From: a virus | DNA: 60,409 nucleotides | Virus record (IMG/VR): IMGVR_UViG_3300031949_000038 | Coordinates: 1-60,409 of that record | Reading direction: 5' to 3' (one strand) | In this document: one piece after another, positions 6,842 through 16,313 of the stretch | Layout: the number at the start of each line of letters is the position of its first letter | Numbering within the stretch: position 1 is the first letter of the stretch | Program-made: the position numbers and the translations under genes | Notes under the pieces: model-generated | The model's input: the letters and a program-made list of their open reading frames with translations, nothing else | Told to the model about the DNA's origin: nothing | Databases searched by the model: none

Positions 6842-7275
6842 TACGGCAGTTCCCTCACCTCAATGCCGTGGCAGGCGCGCAACAGCTTCTTCGTGCGCGC
6901 CCATGCGGCCAGTTTCTTCGTGTGGCTCGACTTCACATCCGCGACGATCCGCAGCCAAGCGCCATCCTTCTGGCGCTCGTCGAATACCAGATCGGCCCTG
7001 TAGACGCCGATGTGCTCGCCGCCTTTCCCGAACAAGCTGAACTTCACCTGACGCCGCAGACCGGCAATATCGCCCGCCTTCTGGCGCAACTGGTGGAGTT
7101 GGTACTGCTCGGCCTCTAGCTTGCTGTCGAACTCGATGCCGTCAACAACGGTCTTGACGGACCGGTGCTTTGACCCCTTTCGCGTCGCTGCCAGCAGCGT
7201 TACCTTGCGCGCCTTTCCGAGGCGCTTCTGGTGATCCAGCAGTTGTTGCTCTGTAAGGAAGCGCATTGTGCTCAT
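6841..7275 (-). CDS. DUF1064-like (PD-(D/E)xK, resolvase-like) protein
   Basis: IEFDSKLEAEQY...YRADLVF...VADVKS pattern typical of DUF1064. Confidence 0.7.
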   Translation of the reverse strand: MSTMRFLTEQQLLDHQKRLGKARKVTLLAATRKGSKHRSVKTVVDGIEFDSKLEAEQYQLHQLRQKAGDIAGLRRQVKFSLFGKGGEHIGVYRADLVFDERQKDGAWLRIVADVKSSHTKKLAAWARTKKLLRACHGIEVRELP

Positions 7276-7442
7276 TTGAATGGAACCTGGTCGCTCACAA
7301 TGAAGCGACATCCATACGCGCTTCCGATCTCCCCGCGCGCCAAGGCTTCGCGCCCCCACTCCTTTATTTCCATGCGCGCCCTAGCACACACATTGCAATT
7401 GCGCGTGTCAAACGGGGCGCCGCACTTTTTACACTGTTTCAT
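7272..7442 (-). CDS. Zn-ribbon micro-protein (56 aa)
   Basis: MKQCKKCGAPFDTRNCNVCARAR; ATGA overlap with the downstream gene. Confidence 0.45.
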   Translation of the reverse strand: MKQCKKCGAPFDTRNCNVCARARMEIKEWGREALARGEIGSAYGCRFIVSDQVPFK

Positions 7443-7731
7443 TCAATCTCTCGACAATGCTCTGCGTGATCCGCAAAAGGTCGCCCTCTGTTCCGTAGGC
7501 TTTCTCAAACTGCGCCTTGGTAGGATGGCGAGCGATCTTGCCCGAGCCTTTCTGCGGATTTTGGTGGTGCCCCGGGTCGCACAGACCCAGCACACTCTTT
7601 TCGCCGATCCTGCGACCGCCAGCGATCAGGTGATGAATCGCGCACGGCGTCCCAGGATGCCCCTGCAGGTAGCAGATAATGCAGCCCAGTTCGCGCACGT
7701 CGGCCTGATATTTGGCTTCGTCTTTTGTCAC
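7429..7731 (-). CDS. Ref-like HNH (RecA-dependent nuclease family) protein
   Basis: LGCIICYLQG...AIHHL...LGLCDPGHHQ...FEKAYGTEGDLL; GTGA overlap with the ninB stop. Confidence 0.65.
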   Translation of the reverse strand: MTKDEAKYQADVRELGCIICYLQGHPGTPCAIHHLIAGGRRIGEKSVLGLCDPGHHQNPQKGSGKIARHPTKAQFEKAYGTEGDLLRITQSIVERLNETV

Positions 7732-8195
7732 GCTGCCCTCTCTACCGCGTGATACACAACACCCAGCTTTGCGCCGTGCGCGCAAATCTGCTCCATGTAG
7801 ATCGCCATGCCGCGCACAGTCAGCTGCGTGGTGCTGCCGATCAGCACGCGCTCGCCGGACGGGTCGATGTCCCATTTCCTGTATCCGTCCTTCACTAGGG
7901 CGCCAAGGTCTGGCGCGTCGTCCTCTGGCAGATACATCCGCTTGAACAGTTCGTGCCACGTCTCGGCCGCGTAGCGGCGGCCTTCCACCCATGCCTGCTC
8001 CTCGATGTCGCGCAACGGCCCGCTCCACATAGCTGCGTTCTGATCCAGCTTCCGGCCCTTCTTCTCCTCGCGCACGATCATTTCCAGCGGCTTATCCGGG
8101 TCAAGCGGCGCAGCGCCGATCACAGCCAAGGCTGTCTCGCGCTGCTGCGGTCCGATCAGCCGTATCGTGCGCGTGATGAAGGGCGCGCGCTTCAT
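7728..8195 (-). CDS. ninB: NinB/Orf-family recombination mediator
   Basis: KPLEMIVREEKKGRKLDQNAAMWSGPLRDIEEQ...W pattern parallels lambda NinB. Confidence 0.75.
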   Translation of the reverse strand: MKRAPFITRTIRLIGPQQRETALAVIGAAPLDPDKPLEMIVREEKKGRKLDQNAAMWSGPLRDIEEQAWVEGRRYAAETWHELFKRMYLPEDDAPDLGALVKDGYRKWDIDPSGERVLIGSTTQLTVRGMAIYMEQICAHGAKLGVVYHAVERAA

Positions 8196-9061
8196 TTGGG
8201 AAACTCCCGGATTCTGAGATCGGGTGGCCACTCGGCTGGGTCGGCGCCGGCGCGGTCTTTGAACGGGTGTTTGACGCCTTCGCGGTTCGTGGCGTTGCTG
8301 CCGGCCTGTTTGAAAAACACCGGGACGCCGGCGGCCTGGCATTGCCGGATAGTGTCTTTGCCCCATCCAAGTACGAACGGCCGCGCCTTGCTGCCGCTCT
8401 CGCCGCCTGCGATAATCCAATCAATAAATCGAGCCTTCCACACCCATTCGTCATCTGTGCTTTTTGCATACGCAATTTGCGCAGGCGTTTTTTTAGCATG
8501 CGTTGTTGGCCGCAAATACAACCAAAAATTTACCGGACCCAAAGCCGGCTCATACGAAATTCCGTTCTTGCACGGCAGCGCCAGCAGCTTCGGGATGTCT
8601 CGGTCGGCTTCCTCCTGGTTGCAGACGGTGATTAGTAGGCGGATGTTGTTCGGGAACTTTTCATTCATCCACTGTGCCGGGACCATGCGCCTGACGTTTC
8701 CGACTCGCTTTGTCACCAGCAGCCAAGACAAGTGCTGCGTCTGGAAGATCAGATGCCACAGATCATCGCGCCATGCCTGATCTACGTCGCCATCGAACAC
8801 GTCTGCCAGAGAAGCGCAGAACACGCGCCACGGTTTGCCGCTGGCTGCGGCCTTCTTGTCCCAGGCGATCGGCTGCGCCCAGTTCGATGCGCTGGTGCGA
8901 TACCGCGCCACGCCGGCGCCCCAGTGCGTTGTGCCGCCCCAGCGCTTACGGCTATCCTGAACCTCGGCATAGCAGTGATCACACCCGGGGCCGACCTTGG
9001 TGCAGCCAATCCACGGATTGAACGTAGAATCGGTCCACGCGATACCTGTAATTTCAGCCAT
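8192..9061 (-). CDS. Phage Gp37/Gp68 family (DUF5131) protein
   Basis: GIAWTDSTFNPWIGCTKVGPGCDHCYAE N-terminal signature; GAGGA RBS before ATG 9061. Confidence 0.85.
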   Translation of the reverse strand: MAEITGIAWTDSTFNPWIGCTKVGPGCDHCYAEVQDSRKRWGGTTHWGAGVARYRTSASNWAQPIAWDKKAAASGKPWRVFCASLADVFDGDVDQAWRDDLWHLIFQTQHLSWLLVTKRVGNVRRMVPAQWMNEKFPNNIRLLITVCNQEEADRDIPKLLALPCKNGISYEPALGPVNFWLYLRPTTHAKKTPAQIAYAKSTDDEWVWKARFIDWIIAGGESGSKARPFVLGWGKDTIRQCQAAGVPVFFKQAGSNATNREGVKHPFKDRAGADPAEWPPDLRIREFPK

Positions 9062-9269
9062 TGTCGCAATCCTCAATGCGCTTTCGCATGCCGTTGAACA
9101 TGTCGCGGTAGCGCGCCTGCGCGGCCTTCCCTTGCGCGGACTTCATCGCCGCGTCTGGCTTCATCGCCTTTGTCGCGCACTTCATGCAGATCCCGCTCGG
9201 GGTCGTGCCAGCGCGCCGGCATTCGGCGCACTTCGCGTCCATGTTGATGGTGAGAACGACGTTGCTCAT
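9054..9269 (-). CDS. Cys-rich small protein (71 aa)
   Basis: CAECRRAG...CMKC zinc-ribbon-like. Confidence 0.5.
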   Translation of the reverse strand: MSNVVLTINMDAKCAECRRAGTTPSGICMKCATKAMKPDAAMKSAQGKAAQARYRDMFNGMRKRIEDCDNG

Positions 9270-9547
9270 GGCTCCACCGCCCTGCGCGTCAGTTCCAGCG
9301 CCTCACCGAAGCCAGCGGCCATGCGGGCGGCATCCTCGATTGCGGCTGCGCTGGCGAGGGCGGCGCGGGCCTGCTTGCAGTAGTCACAAGGGCAGCGCCT
9401 TGTGTTCGGCTCATCGTCGTTAGCTGCGTCATGCGCAATGTTGTGATCGTCCATGTATGCAAGTAGCGCAGCCCCAATCCGCGCATGGCTCGCACGCAGC
9501 CGCGCCAGTTCGTCGGCGTCGATGGGGATGGCGCGATTGGCGGTCAT
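9266..9547 (-). CDS. Hypothetical protein (93 aa)
   Basis: ORF coupled by 4-nt overlaps on both sides. Confidence 0.5.
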   Translation of the reverse strand: MTANRAIPIDADELARLRASHARIGAALLAYMDDHNIAHDAANDDEPNTRRCPCDYCKQARAALASAAAIEDAARMAAGFGEALELTRRAVEP

Positions 9548-9768
9548 GATTGACTCTCAAGATATTGTTGGCGCGTTTTCCCGAAATGCCGTTCTGCGCA
9601 TGATTGGCAGCGCCATAGGCCGCAGTACAGGCAGCGATATAGGGATTTGATATGCGTCGTTACCGGGCACTCGCAGCACTTCACTAGCGCGCTATCAGAC
9701 GATGCTTGTCGCCACTGGCGGGCAAATGCGGACGCGATCTGATGCCGCGTCTTATCGGTAAGGCTCAT
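9544..9768 (-). CDS. Cys-rich small protein (74 aa)
   Basis: CCECP...CLYCGLWRCQSC; start at MSLTDK. Confidence 0.5.
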   Translation of the reverse strand: MSLTDKTRHQIASAFARQWRQASSDSALVKCCECPVTTHIKSLYRCLYCGLWRCQSCAERHFGKTRQQYLESQS

Positions 9769-9870
9769 TGCATCACCATCCAAAAGTACCCGCACGCCAC
9801 CACAAGCAGCGCCGACAGGACTGCGCGCACGAGACTATGCGGGATCGGCAGCTGGCGGTGAGGTAGTGGA

Positions 9871-10050
9871 TCATTTCGCTACCTTCGGCTGCCAGCGCAC
9901 CGGATTAAATACGCACACGGACTGCGGCGGGATGTATGTCCACTTTTCCGCCCAGGCGCAGGTCAGCCAGCCGGGCATCTTGTCCTTGGCGGCGTCGGAG
10001 GCGTGGGCGCAGTCCTGGCATGTTTTCGCCGGTTCGGGATTTTCGGTCAT
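9871..10050 (-). CDS. Hypothetical Cys-containing protein (59 aa)
   Basis: MTENPEPAKTCQDCAHAS...; ATGA overlap with the upstream stop; not in the ORF track. Confidence 0.4.
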   Translation of the reverse strand: MTENPEPAKTCQDCAHASDAAKDKMPGWLTCAWAEKWTYIPPQSVCVFNPVRWQPKVAK

Positions 10051-10565
10051 GTCCTGGCTCTACTATTAATCACTGGGGTGCCTTGTTTGGTTCTATGTCG
10101 GGCTTTTGAACTTCGTGGCGGTGACGGTGATGGTGACGGTGACGGTGTATTTTCCCGTTCCGGGCGCGTTGCAACGGTCGTTATAGCGCTCGTTACTTTT
10201 CCGTTACCTTTTCCGTTAATGCGCTCGTTACCCCACCGCGCTTCGGCCGATGCTTTCCCGGCATCAATTCGTTGCTGCTGCATGTTTTTCGCTTTTTCCA
10301 ATTCCTTGCTCAGTCGCGTTTGCGTGTACCCGTTTTCCGTCGCCGTCCAGAAGTCCATGATTACATCGCGTGACTCAGCCCAATCTTCTCGCGTCATGTG
10401 CGCCAACCGGCAAAGCCTGTTTTCGTCCAGCGGCAAAAGACCTTTATTCATCCACGCATGGGCGAGCATTAGCATGTAGGAACCGTGTTCTGCATTACTG
10501 AGGTGGGTCGTATCGGCGAGATAATCCCCGATGTACCACGGCATCCAAAGGTCGGGTTTTTTCAT
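10047..10565 (-). CDS. DUF1376 (YdaU-like) replication-associated protein
   Basis: WMPWYIGDYLADTTHLSNAEHGSYMLML motif; ATGA overlap with primase. Confidence 0.7.
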   Translation of the reverse strand: MKKPDLWMPWYIGDYLADTTHLSNAEHGSYMLMLAHAWMNKGLLPLDENRLCRLAHMTREDWAESRDVIMDFWTATENGYTQTRLSKELEKAKNMQQQRIDAGKASAEARWGNERINGKGNGKVTSAITTVATRPERENTPSPSPSPSPPRSSKARHRTKQGTPVINSRART

Positions 10566-11503
10566 GCCGCCACCCTGCCGCGCAAGAAGGTCGCGTTTCG
10601 CATGATCTCCGCCGTGATCTCGGCATCCACAGCGCGCCGGATATTGCCTTCGCGCTCTTTGACGCGCTCGGCCAGCATCCATGCGACACGCTCATTTCGC
10701 CAGTCGCACCAGTCGCTACCGAACATCCCGGTCGGCACCGCAATACCGCATCCAATGGCCTCAGCGGCTTCTGTAGCCGCTTCGATGCCGGGGTTGTGTC
10801 CTAGCTTCGCCGCTGTCGCGTGGTCGTTGTCTGACGCCACTACGGCCATTCCTTGGCGCGGTATCCGCACCCTCGCCATGTTTCCGGCGTTAAACGCAAC
10901 AATTACCCGAACCAGCGGCACCGCGGCGAAGATTGCCAGCCCGGTAGCCATGCCCTCGCACAGCACCGCAACGGATGCGCCGCGGCGATCAATCAGGTAG
11001 GACGCTCCCTTGACCGAGGCACCGGGCCAAAATAGCTTGTCGCCTTTTGGGCTGATCCGCTGCACGCTCATCAAGGCGCGGTCGAGTAGCATCGGCACAA
11101 CCAGCCAGCCGGTCGCGTCGATCCTCAGCCCGAGGCAGCCGGCCATTGCCAAATCATGGCTTGCTAGGTATTCGTGGCCGTCACGCAGCGGCTCACATTC
11201 AGCGTAGAACTTGCGCGCCGCCAGGGTGGCCCGCACGGACTCTCGACGCGCCGCTTCGCGCCTGCGCGCAATCGCGGCGAAGTCAATCTTAGCCGGCGCA
11301 TCCGCCTTGTCCGGTCGCCAGGTCAGCAGCTCACCGCCGTCGAAGGCTTGACACCACCCGACAAGGCCATCCTGAGCAAGTTTGTAGGAGCCGTTTTTTT
11401 TGCGTTCGTGTGTAACTGTCGCGCAACGTCGCCACTTTCCGTCCTGAAGAATGTCTCCTGGTATTAGACCGGCGCCACGAACAAAATCAGCGAAGCTGTT
11501 CAT
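10562..11503 (-). CDS. Toprim-domain DNA primase
   Basis: VLCEGMATGLAI and VVASDNDH (E...DxD Toprim), upstream of helicase coupling. Confidence 0.7.
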   Translation of the reverse strand: MNSFADFVRGAGLIPGDILQDGKWRRCATVTHERKKNGSYKLAQDGLVGWCQAFDGGELLTWRPDKADAPAKIDFAAIARRREAARRESVRATLAARKFYAECEPLRDGHEYLASHDLAMAGCLGLRIDATGWLVVPMLLDRALMSVQRISPKGDKLFWPGASVKGASYLIDRRGASVAVLCEGMATGLAIFAAVPLVRVIVAFNAGNMARVRIPRQGMAVVASDNDHATAAKLGHNPGIEAATEAAEAIGCGIAVPTGMFGSDWCDWRNERVAWMLAERVKEREGNIRRAVDAEITAEIMRNATFLRGRVAA

Positions 11504-13020
11504 GCCGGCGCTCCGTTATCGCGGTCAACCTTGTCCGCTCTATTTTTCTGCGCGGCCCATTCTCTACCCGCTTTGCTTTTAACGAATCGAATCGTCAGCG
11601 AGATAACCTTGTTGCGCGTTGTCTGCGATGGCTCGGCCGGCGGTTCGTCCCGGTAATTGTTCGGCCACGTCCCGGCAATGTCCTTGAACACATGGGCCAG
11701 CCTGCCGTCGCTCCAGTTCCTTTCGACGGCGATGGTTTTCAGTTCAGCGTAAAGATGTCGCTTATCCTCGGTGCGCATCGCCTGCCCTCCAGCCACTTCT
11801 TTCAATTCGCCGGCCTCGTGTTCGACGTTGCTGAACTTTGGATAGACAAATCCGCACGCCGGGCACGAGGGGCGCGGCGCGTGAACGGCGGCACACTTTG
11901 GGCACTTCATTGGTTTCTTTTCGTGCTTCGCGGCTTTCTTTTTTTCCTTGCGCTTGCCGTCGTCAAGCACCGATGCGCCATTCTCGAAAAAGTCGTGCAT
12001 CGAGTTCCAAAACCGGTCGCAGTTCCCGGCGTGGTCAAGGATGGTGCAAACGGTCTTGCCCTCATGGGAGCGCAACCCGCGTCCGAGGATCTGGATATGC
12101 TCTGATAGGCTCGACTTCAACGGCCGCGCCATGATGATGACTTCCACATCGGACACGTCGAAGCCTTTGGAAAGTGCTGCGACAGAGATCAGCCCGCGAA
12201 TGTACGAATCAGGTTTCCGAAACTCGCGCACCATTTCTGTACGCTCATCGTCGCCAGTCCGGTAGGTATAAAGAGAGCACTGAATCCCGGCTGCCAACAT
12301 CTGCCGCTGCATTTCCTCGCAGTGCGCTACGTTCACGCCGAACGCGATAAACTTCCTGTTGTCGCCGTGCTTCAGATACTCCGCAACACAGTCCCCAATG
12401 ATCGGCATCGCACGCTCGGCGGCGGCTTCGTCCGTCCACTCGCCGGCAACCACCTTGGCGCCGGTCATGTCGGGCTCGCTTGCGGCGAAGATACGAAAAC
12501 TTGACAGATAATTTTCAGCTATCAGTTTGTTCGTCGTGGTCACGGTCACGATAGCGTCGTAATGCTTGCCCAGCCCCTTCGTAAACGGGGTCGCGGTAAG
12601 CCCGATGGTGATGCAGTCGCGCTTGTCGATGCGGGATACAACCTGTTTCCGAATGCAGTGTGCCTCGTCAACAATGATGAGGTCGGTATCCTCCGGCCAG
12701 GACCGGCGCTCAAGTGTTGCGGCACTGGCAACTTGGATGCGCTCCCAAGGGCGCCAACGATAGTGCTGCGCCTGAATTACGCCGTGCGGGATGCCATACA
12801 GGTCTAGCGTTGCGCTTGTTTGGTCGATCAGGTTGATCCGGTCAGCAACGAAGATTGCCCGGCGTGACTTGGCGTGGCATTCGCGCAACAGGTACGCTGC
12901 GATCACAGTCTTGCCTGATCCGGTTGCCGCGGAAAGGATTTGATTGCGCACTCCGGCCCGGATATTCTCCCGTAGCGCGTTGACGCTTTCATCCTGAAAG
13001 CCGTAGAGTGTGATGTCCAC
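11500..13020 (-). CDS. SF2 DEAD/DEAH-box helicase with C-terminal Zn-ribbon
   Basis: AATGSGKT (motif I), IIVDEAHC (motif II), CPKCAAVHAPRPSCPACG. Confidence 0.85.
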   Translation of the reverse strand: MDITLYGFQDESVNALRENIRAGVRNQILSAATGSGKTVIAAYLLRECHAKSRRAIFVADRINLIDQTSATLDLYGIPHGVIQAQHYRWRPWERIQVASAATLERRSWPEDTDLIIVDEAHCIRKQVVSRIDKRDCITIGLTATPFTKGLGKHYDAIVTVTTTNKLIAENYLSSFRIFAASEPDMTGAKVVAGEWTDEAAAERAMPIIGDCVAEYLKHGDNRKFIAFGVNVAHCEEMQRQMLAAGIQCSLYTYRTGDDERTEMVREFRKPDSYIRGLISVAALSKGFDVSDVEVIIMARPLKSSLSEHIQILGRGLRSHEGKTVCTILDHAGNCDRFWNSMHDFFENGASVLDDGKRKEKKKAAKHEKKPMKCPKCAAVHAPRPSCPACGFVYPKFSNVEHEAGELKEVAGGQAMRTEDKRHLYAELKTIAVERNWSDGRLAHVFKDIAGTWPNNYRDEPPAEPSQTTRNKVISLTIRFVKSKAGREWAAQKNRADKVDRDNGAPA

Positions 13021-13021
13021 G

Positions 13022-13879
13022 CTACTGCCTGATCGCCGCCAATATTTCTGAGTTCTTTTCGACCTTCAGCGCGGCGCGAATTTTTGCGAGCAAGCCAGTA
13101 GAATATCGCGCCTGTTTCTCGGCTTCGTTTTTCGACGTAACGCATTGCTGCAAGCGACCATCCAGCCGCTCGAATTTGTCTTTCCACTTGAGCACTTCAG
13201 CGGCCAGGTCCGATTTTTTCAGTGACTCAACCACAGCCTGTAGATTGGTGATTTGAGTAGCAGCCGACTCAAGCTCTTTCGCCAAGTCCGCTGAGTAGTC
13301 TTCATCTGGCGCCGGTTTGGCTGGCTTGGCTTTCTTTTTCTTCGGCTCGGCCATCGCCTTGGCTTGTTTTTCTTTCGGCAACTTGGCGATCTTGGCGGCT
13401 TTCGATACGGCAATCTTTCCTTCTTTTACGGCCTCTTTTAGCGTGTCCGTTCCGTTGGTATGCACCACTTTTGACTGCTGAATCGTGCGTTCGCTCGTAC
13501 CCGAATCTTCGGCCATTTCTGCTACTGATTTGGCAGGGGTGCAATTTTGCACCCCTCCCCCTTTTGGGTCACCGGACGGCTTCCATTGCACCAGTCCTGT
13601 TTCGGTGAATCCTCGTTGGCTCGCGGTTAGGTGTCTGCGGTGCCAGTTGGCCGATTTGACGAAGGCTACCGGGTCGCTGCCCTTGTATTCCATCGTGCGC
13701 GGATTAACGCCGACCATCGCGCAGGCGCGGTATCTATGCCAACCGTCCAGCACTTCGCCTTTGTAGATCGTGATCGCAGAATGTAAGCCGTGCGTTTTGA
13801 TGTCGGCTGCCAGCGCCTTTAGTTCATCGTCCGGCAGTGATGGGAAAATAGCGGATAGGGGATGTTGCTGAAGCTGCAT
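13022..13879 (-). CDS. ParB-like nuclease-domain protein
   Basis: LDGWHRYRAC core and N-terminal ParB/Srx-like fold signature. Confidence 0.75.
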   Translation of the reverse strand: MQLQQHPLSAIFPSLPDDELKALAADIKTHGLHSAITIYKGEVLDGWHRYRACAMVGVNPRTMEYKGSDPVAFVKSANWHRRHLTASQRGFTETGLVQWKPSGDPKGGGVQNCTPAKSVAEMAEDSGTSERTIQQSKVVHTNGTDTLKEAVKEGKIAVSKAAKIAKLPKEKQAKAMAEPKKKKAKPAKPAPDEDYSADLAKELESAATQITNLQAVVESLKKSDLAAEVLKWKDKFERLDGRLQQCVTSKNEAEKQARYSTGLLAKIRAALKVEKNSEILAAIRQ

Positions 13880-13882
13880 TTT

Positions 13883-14119
13883 TTATACCTCGCATTCGTT
13901 CGACAGGCGGCGCATGGCCGCGGTGTACTCTGCCGGCGTCGCCTCCGGGTTTGCAGCCTGCCACGCGGCCTTGGCAGCCTCGTACCCTATCCACTTGGGA
14001 TCGGCACCAGTACAGGCTCGGTCTTGCGGATACCGGCTAGACCAGGTGCGCGGCTTGTCCGCGAGATAGGCCTCGTTGATCTGCTCGACGGCGGCGGATA
14101 GGTGGAGGGGCAGGGTCAT
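13883..14119 (-). CDS. Hypothetical protein (78 aa)
   Basis: ATGA overlap with the methyltransferase stop. Confidence 0.45.
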   Translation of the reverse strand: MTLPLHLSAAVEQINEAYLADKPRTWSSRYPQDRACTGADPKWIGYEAAKAAWQAANPEATPAEYTAAMRRLSNECEV

Positions 14120-14919
14120 GCGGCCAACTCCTTTGGCATCCAATACCGCGCAATGTGCCTCGCCAGCGGCAGCGGTATCTTGGCGATTGCGGCAGAGGCG
14201 GCTTTGCGGGCTTTGCTACCGCTGCTTGTCTCGCGCGAAATCTCCCCTTCGTCCGCGAACCAAGCGCGACCGGAACCGCGCTGTTTCGCGCCCTCAACGC
14301 TCGCCGTCTGAAACGACTTGCCGCTGCCGTCGAAGCGGAAGCCGGGAACTTTGAACGCATCGCGCATTTCGTTGATGTGGCAGTTGTGTTGATCCGCTTG
14401 CGCTTGAGTTACCGGGCCGATAGTTTTCAGCTTCAATGATTTCGTCATCGGCATCAGCGCCGGCACGTCGCCCCAAAAGTGAAAGCTGCCGAAGTTCCAG
14501 CGCGACCGGCCTACCCATTCATTCGCGCCGCGCACGTTCTCGACTACTAGCGGGATAAAGTGGCCTGCGGCTTCGATGGCCTCGCGCTGAATCCGAAAGC
14601 AGGCATCGAACAGCGCGGTAAGGCGCTTTTGCTCGGCAGGATCAGCGAGAATCTTCCGACGCTTTTCTTTCGCCTTCGACCACGGCATCGCCATGTAGCT
14701 GAACTCTTGGCAGGGCGGCGATGCGACGATAAGCGCGGCATCCTTGAACTGCCTGCCGTGCAAGGTCAAAACGCTTTGCAGGACAAGATGCGCCGGATAG
14801 CCGCCGGTCCCGTAGTCGTGGCGCTCTATGTCGAAGCCGACAACGTAGTAGCCTTCGGCAAGCAAGCCGGAAGTCCAGCCCCCTAGACCACAATAGAGAT
14901 CAATTGCCAAGGGCCTCAT
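14116..14919 (-). CDS. DNA (cytosine-5) methyltransferase
   Basis: DLYCGLGG (motif I), SPPCQEFS (motif IV), VVENVRG (motif VI). Confidence 0.85.
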   Translation of the reverse strand: MRPLAIDLYCGLGGWTSGLLAEGYYVVGFDIERHDYGTGGYPAHLVLQSVLTLHGRQFKDAALIVASPPCQEFSYMAMPWSKAKEKRRKILADPAEQKRLTALFDACFRIQREAIEAAGHFIPLVVENVRGANEWVGRSRWNFGSFHFWGDVPALMPMTKSLKLKTIGPVTQAQADQHNCHINEMRDAFKVPGFRFDGSGKSFQTASVEGAKQRGSGRAWFADEGEISRETSSGSKARKAASAAIAKIPLPLARHIARYWMPKELAA

Positions 14920-14976
14920 ACCGTCAAATCCAACGAGACGCAGCGGACGAAAAAGCGGGCGGATGCGCGGGTCATT

Positions 14977-15219
14977 TCACGAATCCCCGCCATTCCCTCG
15001 ACTTTCCCTCTTGTTTCCCTCGCCCTTTGTCATGCGCTGAATTAGGCTGGCTTCATGAATCTTTTTCTTCGCCCATTGAGCAAGCACGTCGCGGCCAATC
15101 GCGGCCATGTCCTCGCCTGTAGCGCGTGCAACCGCGTCCAATACGCTGCGGGTGGTTTCGTCTACCTTGGTGCGGTAGTCGATCAGCTCTACGCGGTCGG
15201 CGCGCTCTTCGTCACTCAT
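14977..15219 (-). CDS. Hypothetical protein (80 aa)
   Basis: Clean ORF in the early operon. Confidence 0.5.
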   Translation of the reverse strand: MSDEERADRVELIDYRTKVDETTRSVLDAVARATGEDMAAIGRDVLAQWAKKKIHEASLIQRMTKGEGNKRESRGNGGDS

Positions 15220-15343
15220 GCGGCCACCCTTCTGCTGATCCTCGCGCTCTCAGGCTGCGCATACGTGCCGCTGATAGCGGTAGGCGTCGCCATTACTGAC
15301 GATTTGTGCGGCAAGTGCATACCGATCAGGCCGTGAGTCATGG

Positions 15344-16000
15344 CTAGGCGGCGCGCGATGCGGGGGCGGGGCCGAAGATGTCAGGGCGGAGAACGTGGCG
15401 GGTGACTTGGCCTTCGGTGGCGCGCTCAGCAAGCCGTTTCGCTGTTGCTTGCATTCTGCGCAGCCAGCGGCCGTCGAAGCCGTCATATGGCGCGGCAGCC
15501 CCGCGCAAGCAGTCACACCGCTTGCATACGGGGTCAACGTCAAGAGGCTTGGAGTAGTCGCGGTGGTCGTAACAGAACGCCTGGACACCGCAATCCACGC
15601 AGGTAAGTTCGCGCGCCGGACGCAGCGCGCCTTGCCGAACAGCCTTGGACACGGCTTGCGCGGCTTTCGCGCGCCGAGCGTCAATTTGGCGGCGCCGCTC
15701 TTTCCGAGCAAGATATTGTTGCCTGAGTTCTTTTGGACTCAAGTGGGGCTTCCGCTCTGCCATATTATGCGCGGCGCGGTAGCAATCGATACACGTCCGC
15801 CCCCACTTGTGCATCGGTTTCGCACACCTTGGGCAAGGGCGCGGCGTCCATTCTCCCGACTCCCGCGTTGCACCTACGCCAGCAAGGTCTTCGTCGGTAA
15901 AGTCGTCAACATCAGTAGTCGCCTTTCCGTGAACCATCCGCGCGCCCATTGGAGATATTTGCTGCGGCGGGTTGAGGATGTCAAAGAGAGAAAGGCTCAT
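15344..16000 (-). CDS. Cys-rich early protein (218 aa)
   Basis: CPRCAKPMHKWGRTCIDC and CVDCG...CKRCDC motifs; first large gene after the Cro-like gene. Confidence 0.55.
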   Translation of the reverse strand: MSLSLFDILNPPQQISPMGARMVHGKATTDVDDFTDEDLAGVGATRESGEWTPRPCPRCAKPMHKWGRTCIDCYRAAHNMAERKPHLSPKELRQQYLARKERRRQIDARRAKAAQAVSKAVRQGALRPARELTCVDCGVQAFCYDHRDYSKPLDVDPVCKRCDCLRGAAAPYDGFDGRWLRRMQATAKRLAERATEGQVTRHVLRPDIFGPAPASRAA

Positions 16001-16230
16001 GCGGCGCTCGCCTTGTTCTCGACAACCGGCGAGCCAAACAGCGCCCGGTATTTTTCAATGATGGCGGGATCTGCCTTCAACGCGCCGCCAGTGATTTTCT
16101 GGAATTCAAGCTGCCGATCCTCTGGGACTCCGTTCTTTTGCCACTCCCAAACGGACGGCTGGCTGAGCCCGACGGCGCGGGCGATGGCGCCCTGTGAACC
16201 GAAATGATCAAATAGGTCTGAATAATTCAT
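15997..16230 (-). CDS. Cro-like HTH regulator
   Basis: QGAIARAVGLSQPSVWEWQKNG HTH. Start placed at MNYSDL (ATG 16230) because the longer ORF would cover the operator and -10. Confidence 0.7.
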   Translation of the reverse strand: MNYSDLFDHFGSQGAIARAVGLSQPSVWEWQKNGVPEDRQLEFQKITGGALKADPAIIEKYRALFGSPVVENKASAA

Positions 16231-16238
16231 AGGCGTCA

Positions 16239-16288
16239 TTTTAGGCATACCTAAAACCAAATTGCAAGAAATATTTTAGCCACGCCTA
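16239..16288. promoter_or_regulatory. OR-like operator/promoter region
   Basis: TAGGCATACCTA (16242-16253) and TAGCCACGCCTA (16277-16288). Self-complementary TTGCAA at 16262-16267. TAAAAT -10 on the minus strand at 16238-16243. Confidence 0.6.
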
Positions 16289-16313
16289 TTGCGCCCTGCC
16301 GGACAATTCAACT

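Noticed and set aside
10121-10147. Hexanucleotide repeat GTGAYG x4.5 (encodes SPSPSPSP in the DUF1376-like protein)
   Set aside because: This is a short low-complexity linker inside a gene. It is too small and ordinary to count as a feature of interest.
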